DNA from: Octopus vulgaris
Lineage: Eukaryota
Length of the DNA: 64,000 nucleotides
Reading direction: 5' to 3'
NCBI GenBank assembly: GCA_951406725.2
Contig: OX597822.1
Location: 20,274,001-20,338,000 of the forward strand
A model generated the notes under the pieces. That model saw nothing but the letters and a program-made list of their open reading frames with translations, made no database searches and was not told the DNA's origin. This document shows, piece after piece, positions 53,419 through 64,000 of the stretch. The position numbers and the translations under genes were made by a program. The first letter of the stretch is position 1, and the number at the start of each line of letters is the position of its first letter.

Positions 53419-54243
53419 TTGAGTTGGCAACTAAGTTTTAAAATTTTGGAATTTATTGCCTTTTTATATTTTGGAATCTATTTTCTTCGAAAATTCTATT
53501 TATGAATCGTTTTAGAATCTATTTTTTTCTAGTTAATTTTTGTTTATTTTTAGATCATTAAAATAGAATGTCAATTTAAGAAAAACGCACATTTTCGACA
53601 CCTCCTTTTTACTTTTAATCAAGGTTCTAAGATCGCAAAAGCTGCTCGAGAAATTTGTGCTGAAAGAACCGTTCGTGATTGGTATACCAAGTTCAAAAAT
53701 GGAAATTTTGATCTCAAAGACGCACCTCGTTCCGGCCGCCCAGTTGAGTTCGATGAAGAGCGATTAAACCAACGTTTACAAGAGAACCAAACGGCTAAAG
53801 CGGATTGAACGACTCAGCACGGCTATTCAAGAGAAAAGACTTAATGGGTAGCATGGAGTTCTTCTGCAGCACGACAAAGCCCGCTCGCATTTCGCAATTA
53901 TGACCAAGAATGCCATTCAAATGCATGGCTGGGAAGTGCTGCCACACCCACCGTACTCTCCTGATTTGGCACCAACGGATTTCTACCTCTTTCGATCACT
54001 TTCAAATGCTATGCGCGGAGTTTCGTTCAATACTAATGCAGAATTGAGAGCTTGCTTGGATCAATTTTTCGAGTCGAAATTGGGGATTTCTACCAACGAG
54101 GTATTGAAAATCTTGTTGAACGTTGGGAAGTTGTAAACAACAAGGGCGAAAACATTATTGATTAATTAGTTGTTATTTTTTTTATTAAACCTTTAAAAAA
54201 TTTTAATTTAAATAAAACGGCGGGAACTTAGTTGCCAACCTAA
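53419..54243 (+). mobile_element. Internally deleted mariner (family B) inserted into a CORE-like SINE
   Basis: TIR ttgagttggcaactaagtt / aacttagttgccaacctaa with TA flanks. RSGRP HTH and HPPYSPDLAPTDFYLFRSL. SINE halves at ~53235-53418 and 54244-54330. Confidence 0.92.
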
Positions 54244-54338
54244 TATTAGACGGTACTTACGCAAGGTACCATACAGTGTGACTGAACCAGGAACCATGTG
54301 GTTTGGAACAAACTTTTTACCACACACCTATATCTATA

Positions 54339-54983
<645 letters not shown>

Positions 54984-55104
54984 TATATGCAAATATAAAC
55001 AAGCAGGGTAGTAATATTATTTACTACCAGGTGCCCAACACAAAAGACGAATTAGTCATAAGACAAAATATTATTCATATAGAAAAATATTATTCATGTA
55101 GTAA

Positions 55105-55338
55105 TACAATTAAGGGCTCCTAAATTAGGATGCCGAGTGCTGGGAACACAAAAAGGAGATGAATTTATCGAGAGTGAAAATCAAAAACGTTTACCGATAA
55201 CTTGAACACCTCGGACTGATCAGTTTCTGCCTCTTTCTAGCAAAACACAGAATACGTTTGCTAAGGCTGGCTTTATCAACGAGTCGCCTAAATGTGTTCC
55301 CAGCTCTCGGCATCCTAATTTAGGAGCCCTTAATTGTA
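55105..55338. repeat. 46-bp inverted repeat (1 mismatch) around a 142-bp spacer
   Basis: 55105-55150 versus 55293-55338. Confidence 0.9.
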
Positions 55339-55354
55339 TGTATATATATATATA

Positions 55355-55790
55355 CTAGCAGCATAGCCCGGCGTTGCCCGGGTATGTAAGAGCCCCTAGT
55401 AGGCAACGACTAATCCCAATCTAGTCCTTTCCCTCTAGGGAACAAAGGCGCATGTGTAGGTTGCAATGTCTTCTCTTCACTCGAATACTTCTGTATATAC
55501 CATGTTCCTAGCTGTCCCTTTGGACGATAAAAAGGTCGAGTTGTGTCCCCTAGACAGAAAATGTGTTGCATATAAAAAGCTTAGATTCTCGACCCCATGT
55601 CGAATTTATCGATTTTTCTCAGGACTGGGGGAACTTTTCAAAATTTTCACTGTGTTAGTTTTGAATTATGACATTGGGCTATATGTGTGTGTCAAGTTTC
55701 ATCAGAATCGGTTGAAAGCCGTGGTCAGGGTGAGGGTACAACCTGACAGACACACAGACACACACACAGACAAACTGCTGTTTATATATA

Positions 55791-55792
<2 letters not shown>
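55355..55792 (-). mobile_element. Non-autonomous Helitron (Lep1-like architecture)
   Basis: Minus-strand 3' end has hairpin CCCGGgcaacgCCGGG then CTAG|T. 5' region has (TG/TC) microsatellite and aaccgattctgatgaaactt motif. Confidence 0.8.
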
Positions 55793-55833
<41 letters not shown>

Positions 55834-55835
55834 AA

Positions 55836-55866
<31 letters not shown>

Positions 55867-56039
55867 TTATAAATATATATATATATATATATATAAATAT
55901 ATGTATATATATATATATAAATATATGTATATATATATATAAATATATGTATATATATATATAAATATATGTATATATATAAATATATGTATATATATAA
56001 ATATATGTATATATAAATATATGTATATATAAATATATG

Positions 56040-56091
<52 letters not shown>

Positions 56092-56173
56092 GGTCCCGGG
56101 TTGAGTCGGGGTTAACTACAGTAAATAAGGTACTCAATACATAGCAGAGTAAAGTAATTTATTTTATAGAAGG

Positions 56174-56224
56174 AGCTTCTACAGGACTAGAACTGTTTCA
56201 TTCAGATGAAATCTTCAGGAAGCT
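56174..56224 (-). ncRNA. Type I hammerhead ribozyme motif, near-canonical
   Basis: Minus strand AGCTTC-CTGAAGA-T TTC atct GAA T-GAA-ACAG ttctagtc CTGT-A-GAAGCT: 6-bp stem I, 4-bp stem III, GUA site. Confidence 0.75.
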
Positions 56225-56463
56225 GGCTGTCAAAATAAGTTCTGGTATTTATGCATTTAGGCAGATTTAATGGAGTGGTGGTGGGGAACGTTTTTGGGGT
56301 AGGTTGGTATTTAGGAGATAAATAGGGCACAAGCTATTGTTCTTAGGGGAGTGATCAAAAGGCCGCTTGTTCAACATGTGTCTTATCACCGAAAAGGTAA
56401 TTATTTTTCCACGCTTGCTGATATTGTTTTTGTGTCTCTCTTTTTGTCTCAAAGCCGTAGGGC

Positions 56464-57078
56464 GCCTTTGTCATCCATGTTTTTAACCGTTACTGTCTCC
56501 AAAAAAGATTTTTCGTTTCATGTTCGTCTCTGTTGCGTTGCATTCTTTCCTTCTGTGGCTGGCTGATTCAGAGCGGATCTCAGAATTCAACAGCCGAAAT
56601 CTGCGTTGAGAGATCAGTTGCTGACTGAAGAATGAAGGCTTTGAATGACCCGTTTGTCTTTTTGTTCGTCCCTTCGTGTAGTTCACGTTATTTATTTATG
56701 TAAAGGTTTATTATATATTTCGCAGCGTACGTGCATAATAACTTATTTATGTTTATCATATCAAAACTCCTGCACGATGTCTTTAAACTATTTTCTTTCC
56801 TTCGCCATTGCTTCGTTGCCAAATTGTTTTGGTGCCTTTGTCATCCATGTTTTTAACCGTTACTGTCTCCAAAAAAGATTTTCCGTTTCATGTTCGTCTC
56901 TGTTGCGTTGCATTATTTCCTTCTGTGGCTGGCTGATTCAGAGCGGATCTCAGAATTAAACAGCCAAAATCTGCGATGAGGGATCAGTTTCTGACTGAAG
57001 AATGAAGGCTTTGAATGACCCGTTTGTCTTTTTGTTCGTCCCTTCGTGTATTTCACGTTATTTATTTATGTAAAGGTT

Positions 57079-57088
<10 letters not shown>
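56464..57088 (+). mobile_element. Partial-tandem non-coding element (255-bp direct repeats, 370-nt period)
   Basis: 56464-56718 nearly identical to 56834-57088. Ends in (TA)n. Confidence 0.85.
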
Positions 57089-57146
<58 letters not shown>

Positions 57147-57232
57147 ATATATATATATGTATGTTTTTACCACACATATATATGTGTATATAAATATATA
57201 TATATATATATACATACGTACATACATACATT

Positions 57233-57269
<37 letters not shown>

Positions 57270-57401
57270 CTTTTTATTTATTTTATCTAGTTTCAGCTCA
57301 CGATCTGTGGCCATACAGGGGCACCGCCATTCGGTGTTGCTACATGACTTTACTTCACAAATGCTTTTTAGCAATTGCCATTTGGTGCATGCCGTCTACT
57401 A

Positions 57402-57690
57402 TTAGGTTGGCAACTAAGTTCCCGCCGTTTTTTTTAAATTAAAGTTTTTTAAAGGTTTAATAAAAAAAACACTTAATTAATCAATAATGTATTCACCCTT
57501 GTGGTTTACAACTTCTTCCCAACGTTCAACAAGATTTTCAATACCTCGTTGGTAGAAATCCCCGATTTCGACTCGAAAAATTGATCCAAGCAAGCTCTCA
57601 ATTCTGCATCAGTATTGAACGAAACTCCGCGCATAGCATTTGAAAGAGATCGAAAGAGGTGGAAATCCGTTGGTGCCAAATCAGGAGAGT
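57402..57690 (-). mobile_element. 3' fragment of mariner family B
   Basis: TIR ttaggttggcaactaagttcccgccg. Reverse complement of ~53954-54243. Confidence 0.9.
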
Positions 57691-58167
57691 GTGTGTGTGT
57701 GCATGTGCATGTCTTTGTGTTTGTTTTTGTCTTCTGCCATCACTTGATAATCGCTGATTTGCTTACTTCCTCTGAACTTTGCGGTTCGGCTGAAGAGACC
57801 AATAGATAAGTACCAGCGCTAAAATAAGGATTCGTTCGACTAAGAAGGCTTTAAGGCTGTGTTCTAGCATGGTCGCAGTTCACAGTCTGAGACAAATGAA
57901 ACATGGATATATAACCCTATAATTCTGAAAAATAATATAAAAACTGACTGATAATGATACCGTGTGTCAATGAGCAAGAGCCTTCCTAACCACTCAACTT
58001 CCTAGAAGAAACAACCACATCTCCTTCAAATTAAATCTCGTGCAAGAGTACGTTTGATATCCGGGAAAGGTAAAGGATGCTCACCGCTGGAATAACTGTA
58101 ATAATAGATTTGATTGGTCAGGACTTTGCTGTGAAGTTTAAATCATCATCATTCACATCATCATTCA

Positions 58168-58203
<36 letters not shown>

Positions 58204-58244
58204 CATCCTCATCCTCATCCTCATCATCATCATCATCATCACCC

Positions 58245-58284
<40 letters not shown>

Positions 58285-58499
58285 TCACATCATCATCGTC
58301 ATTGTCGTTGTCGTCAACAACAACACAAATAAGTCAAATTTTTGTGGAATTGAAATGTTCTAATCATCAGCCTAGTTAAAACAACGTAAATGTATGACAA
58401 ATTTGGAAAATAAATTCAAAAGAGACCAAGAGATACATCCAGACGTGATTTTTCCAATCGATTTATAAAACTGCTTGGAGATTCAGTAATATATGCTAC

Positions 58500-58940
58500 T
58501 CTTTTCTTTTGCCCTTTACTTCCTTCAGTCATTGCGGCCCTATTAGGACACAAGTACTTATATTCTATCGGAGCTCTTTTGCCGCAGTTGATAAGTTAAT
58601 GGAACGTAAATAAGCCAACATAGGCTGTCAAACGGTGAGGCAACAAACATGAACACAAATACACACATATATAAATATATACATAGACACACACATTAAC
58701 ACAGACACACATACAGACGCACACACGCACACACTCACACACACGCTCACGCATACCCACACCCACACTCAACGGATTTCCAGAAAGTTTCCATCTACCA
58801 ATTTTTCTCACAAAAGCATTGGTAAGCCCCCAGGCTATAGTAGAAAACACTTACTCAAAATTCTGCATAGTGGAACTGAACCCGAAGCAACGTGGCTGCA
58901 AAGTGAGTTTCTTTACCACTCAAACTGCGAGCGAGCCTAT
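58500..58940 (-). mobile_element. Decayed CORE-like SINE
   Basis: ttctatcgg..ctcttttgccg, tttccatctaccaaattt, ggctatagtagaaaacactt, ggaactgaaccc motifs. Confidence 0.75.
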
Positions 58941-59619
58941 GAATAACAATATACTCCGTAATACTGCCACTAATATTGAAAGTTAAGATGAAGTTACTTG
59001 AAATTATTTCGATACTAACAGCGTAGATTAAAACAGGCAATAACATTTGATGACACTAAACCTTGAGATGTTAATCTGGACAGTAATCGCATCATAAATA
59101 TATCGTATAATAATCTCATTCATATTTATAAAACTATGCGTGAGGTTGCGTATGTCATACCAGTAGTTATCAGTGTAATTGATAGAAGGCGTTTTACTAC
59201 GAAATGGTACAGTAGTAAATTTATAATTAGACATATCAATTAACTGACTTGATCTGTCAAATTATCAAGATGCCGCGACATGTACTCATATTAATTCAAA
59301 AGTAAATAAACCAAGTGACACAATGGTAAACTGAACATGAGTGTGAATAAGATTAGTAAGTAATCAACGATCAGTCTAAGGAGGCCATAATTCAGACATA
59401 GGAAGCCTTTAATTATCATATTCTGTAGACGTTCTATTCGGCATTAACAGAGGTTCTGTAACAAGCAAACTTAGCATGAAATCCACCATGGGCTATAACA
59501 TTTCAACAAAGATGAGGGAAGGAAAAATTGAGCATCCCATAAGTATAATTGTAAAATAACTCGTGTGAAAAATGATGTAAAAAATAAGTAGGTTAAATTG
59601 AACAATGATTTCATATATT

Positions 59620-59820
59620 GATACAAGGCTATCAATTTTGTGGGTTGGGGTCTAGTCGATTACTTCGACCCCAGTACTCGACTGCTACTTATTTTATCGA
59701 CCTTAAAAGGATGAAAAGCAATCTCAACCTCGGCGGAATTTGAACTGAGAACTTAAAGACAGAAGAAATGCCGCTAAGCATTTTGCCCGGCGTGCTAACG
59801 ATTCTGCCACCTCGCCACCT
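59620..59820 (-). mobile_element. Nin/Deu-domain-like SINE
   Basis: ttttatcgaccttaaaaggatgaaa...cctcggcggaatttgaact...gctaacgattctgcca. Confidence 0.8.
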
Positions 59821-61832
59821 TAAGCTAAATTTAATAATGCTGTAGTGGCATTGCTTATTGGTGTTTTAAAATTATGGCATGAATGAGTTTTTTCATGCAT
59901 ACACCTTATGACATACACCTTATGACTTTATGCATACACCTTATGACATAAGAAACACCTTATGACATTTCAATCCAGTTAGTGACTATCATTTCCTTGG
60001 ATGACGAGCTAGCTGTTTTTGCTCCAAAACATGGAAAGTTTTCTCGAAATATCGACAAAATTGACTCATTGAATTTTCACTAATCAAAATAACCAATCCA
60101 TAACGCACGTTGCTGGGAACGTGTATTTTATTCAAGGTCGACAGCACATCCGCACATTTTAAACTCTATACCCATTGTTTTAAACACACCCATTGTTTCC
60201 GGAGACCAGAAGAAACTGTTGTAGTTCTGGCATGGTTCTATACCTCATCGCAAAGCCAGGAAAGGATAATTCTCTTACTCACACTCTTACACATTCCGTA
60301 CTGTAGCACTCGACTAGTTAATGTATTACATACGTATATGTTTATTTATATATGTATGTATACATATACAGTAAACATATCTATACACCAAACACATATA
60401 GGCACACACACGCACGCACACACAGAGTATGTTTATGTGAATATGTATATGAATGTTTTGGCATAAACACATATTCAAAGTGACCTGGCATATTCTTATG
60501 TTGAATTGTTTGGTTAAAATATGTTCCCCTGTATGTTAAGTTCCTCTAATATATTTTAGATATTTTAATATATATGTGAATTCTGCCACATTCTATGAAG
60601 GTGAAAACTTTCACGTTATGGATTATAAACTTGTTAAAAGAAACATATATATAATTCTTTACTTTCAGTATTAATTGCTGTTCTATTCATTTGGATTGCT
60701 AAATCTTTGAATTGCATTAATTTTTATTACCACACTTTACATAGCTATTTTTACTTTTGTTACAGATTTCATTCAGTGAACCTAAATCTTATGTATTGTT
60801 TGAACTTTTAGAGATCAATATAATTTAAGTTAACAAAATTAAGCCCAATGTTTCACTTGGTATTACCTTCATCTTCAAACACATAATTTCTCGTTAAATT
60901 GTTAATAGTTATCAATTAGATTAATTTGGTTGAGTGATTATTTAAATGTTGATTGCAGCGAATGAAAAAAATCCTGTAATTCTTGGAGTCATTTTCAAAC
61001 TATGGAACGACAACAAAATATAAATCTATATATATACATGCATACAAAAAGAAAGCAAAGACTGAAGACTTTCAAACGATGGTTACAATATCAAACTTAA
61101 ACCGAGAACAAACGACAGAGAAAATTAAGGGGGAATACTTTTCTCTGTAGTTTGTACTCTGTGTAAGTTTCGTCTATTAATATAAATATTTATATATTTA
61201 TACTGAAAATCTTCCGTCTTTGCATTCTTTGTCTTTGCATGTATACATATAAATATATTTTGTACATCAAACCCAAGCAGTTATATTTATTTTCTTAATC
61301 TGCATAATTCTCTCTTCCTCTCTCTCTCTCTCCCTCACACACGCTCTCGGTCTCTCTTTCTCTCGGTATATATATATACACACATTATATATGTGTATAT
61401 ATGTACGTATGTATGTATGTATGTATTATGTATGTATGTATATACCAACGCCCTTTCAGCATCGACACGCCCTAATAAGCTTAGAGGCTACTACTAAATT
61501 CAGACCATGACAGACAGAGAAGGATTTTAAACTTACGGAGACAATATTTACTTATCGCCTGTAGAAACACAACTATATATCATAATGCAGGGAAACAGTT
61601 GCATAATCAAGTACCTGCACACCTGGAGAACTACGTTGCGTGGAAACAATTGTAGTGATCAAAAAATAATTGTTGTCTCCAATTTTTTCAATTATCTATT
61701 CACACGCGACAGATGTCCAAATGCAAACCTGGACGTACGTATAATGGACAGCACAGGGTCAATCTGACGGTGGACGAGCTTTAAACTGTACTCCACTACG
61801 TTCTTAACAGAATATACATTAACTATACATAC

Positions 61833-61899
<67 letters not shown>

Positions 61900-61968
61900 G
61901 GAGTAAACACATAAATGTGAAACAAGGTGGAAAAAAGAATACTCAAATACCAGGGGTAGAGTAATATG

Positions 61969-62112
61969 CTTTATTTAAAAGCAGCAGAAATTCAACAAAA
62001 CCTGTTACTCGGAGTTTCACGTTCCCGTTCGTTAACAAAAACTGTCCGACGAAGGGGAACGTGAAACTCCGAGTAACAGGTTTTGTTGAATTTCTGCTGC
62101 TTTTAAATAAAG
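61969..62112. repeat. 64-bp-arm hairpin (1 mismatch, 16-nt loop)
   Basis: 61969-62032 is the reverse complement of 62049-62112. Confidence 0.93.
62042..62079 (+). ncRNA. Minimal hammerhead variant (CCGACGA core)
   Basis: CTGT-CCGACGA-AGG ggaa CGT-GAA ACT ccg AGT A-ACAG. The opposite arm preserves a paired stem II ACG ggaa CGT. Confidence 0.55.
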
Positions 62113-64000
62113 TATATATATATTTGGCCAAGAGAAATATTAAAATGCTTGAGAAAAGGTGTAGGTTGGTTATATGAAGGGCACCAGGCTGTGGAAAATC
62201 TGGTTCAAATTCTGTATGAGTCATGTAAGTGTAGAAAAACAGACGTTAAACCGAAGGTCATGATGATGATGGTGATTATGATGGTGTTGTTTTTGTTGTT
62301 GTTGGTGGTGATGATGATGATGATGATGATGTTGTTGTTGCAGTTGTTGTTGATGCTGCTGCTGCTGCTGATGATGATGTTGCTGATGATGGTATTGATA
62401 TGATAGTATCTTCGACGATGAAAAATTGTTCAGCACTAAACATGTTTGCAGGGCAGATACATAACCTTTATACAAGATATTCTAGAAACGTAGTTTTAAT
62501 GCTTTGGGTGGATACACAGGGTTCACGTGTAGAAGTTTGTAACTAAATGAACTAAAATTACAATAATATGTTTCATGTTTATCTGGTTTTACATTCAGGC
62601 TTTCCAAAGATTAAGTTAAACCCTCAAACATGATATTTATATACGGTGCGGACTTTACTGGTGTTACTGACAAATTTTACCTGTTTTCTTATTGCATTAC
62701 TTATTCATAGACACAAAAACAATAATCTGGATATTAAAAGATAGAATTATTCACGGATTAAAGGTATATTTTCCTTAGTATGTGACATTTTCATTTTATT
62801 GCGAAATTACATTCTCAGATGCTTTTGTTGTTGCTGTTGCTTGCCGTTTAGCCTTGTATTAACCATCAGATATAGTTGTCATGGTGTTAGTTGCTGTATG
62901 AGTGGTAGTAATAGAGATAGTAGCTATAACAGTGATATGGTGAAGAGGTTACAAATATGACCCAAGCTGTGGTTATTGTATCAATGGTTGTGCTTCTGTT
63001 GTTTTATTAGCGGCAGTTTGGGCGGTAGTATATTAAAAAGTAGTACCGTACCAACAAGATATCCTTTCAAGGTGAGATGGTGAGATACACAAGTTGTTGA
63101 TATCAAAAACTTGCACCATCAAGCGGATGTTGACTATATGGAGTGAAATGAAATAGCGAAGTCACATATATTTCATTGTCCTTTTTTCTCCAAATCGTAC
63201 AATATCCTATCTACTTCAGGCATCTTAAGGGCCTTAGAAGACATGGTTATTGCCCTCCTTCAACCAAACTGAAATAGATTAATAATCAATAACAAATTTT
63301 AATTCCTCACTTCTTAGCCTTGTTCATCCACCAGTTTTTCTATATTAATTAAACCTCTAAAGGCATAAATATTGGCAAATGACAGTCTTAAAATATATAA
63401 GGTTACATAGTAATCTAAAAGCATTTTCTTAGGTGTCAACAAGTTTGGTCGCTAGGGCCATGGGAAAATATCAGACTACGATTTTTGTCTGAAACGTCAC
63501 ACTTTCCCACTCCTCACAGAAAGCCTACAGACACCTACAAGTTCTCTTTATTTTGTTATCGTAGTTGCTACTAAAGACTCGCAGTAGATTTCTTGGATTT
63601 TAGAATTTACTTCTATCACTGCTAATTTGTCGTGCTCATTCTAAGATTGATTCGTTCTCCTTAATTATAAATAAGAACCAGTCTTACATTCTCTATAAGG
63701 TGGTGAAGTAGAAATAGTTACCTAACTATAAAGTCGTTAACCCCAACATATAAAAAGACTACTGAAGCAATCTATAAAATGATAACATGGATTAATTAGT
63801 GTGTAGAAAGGAATCGGTAAAAAATGGGTAAAAGAACACTATTAATTAATTTTCGGAATGTGACATTTGTGAAAAATCATGATCTTCATACCGTTTTTTT
63901 GACTGCTATACTAGATCTACTTCTTCCGGTAACGTTGCACTTTGTGACCTAACCTTTGGTGTCAAAGAAAATTTCAACAAAATGTTTCTCGTTGAAGATG

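Noticed and set aside
58077-58379. Poly-Ser ORF
   Set aside because: (TCA)n/(TCC)n microsatellite.
59898-59968. Four copies of acaccttatgac resembling a CRISPR-like array
   Set aside because: Short slippage tandem with no unique spacers of regular length; eukaryotic context.
62149-62475. PolyQ/H and polyM/L ORFs
   Set aside because: Mixed (GAT/GTT/GCT)n microsatellite; no splice or domain support.

Overview
This is AT-rich, microsatellite-dense animal genomic DNA. It is most likely octopus or another cephalopod, judged from the SINE families and repeat landscape (an inference). I find no intact protein-coding gene. Most long ORFs in the track are translations of (TA)n, (TATC)n, (CA)n or trinucleotide repeats. 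The recognisable coding remnants all come from mobile elements: a decayed Ty3/Gypsy pol with an adjacent CCHC zinc-knuckle fragment, four mariner copies from two families, an RTE-type LINE tail and a Penelope-like (PLE) GIY-YIG endonuclease. There are also many tRNA-derived SINEs, non-autonomous Helitron-like elements and two MITEs with 8-bp TSDs. The main hidden signal is a set of roughly ten unrelated non-coding elements, mostly sitting in (TA)n tracts. They have partial-tandem and/or inverted-terminus architecture and carry type I hammerhead ribozyme motifs (CUGAnGA-stem II-GAAAC-stem III-GUH), ranging from near-complete to decayed. The best case (46078-47097) has two hammerheads 566 nt apart and looks like a retrozyme or non-autonomous PLE able to release a circularisable RNA monomer. 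All folds were worked out by eye and need covariance-model and biochemical confirmation.
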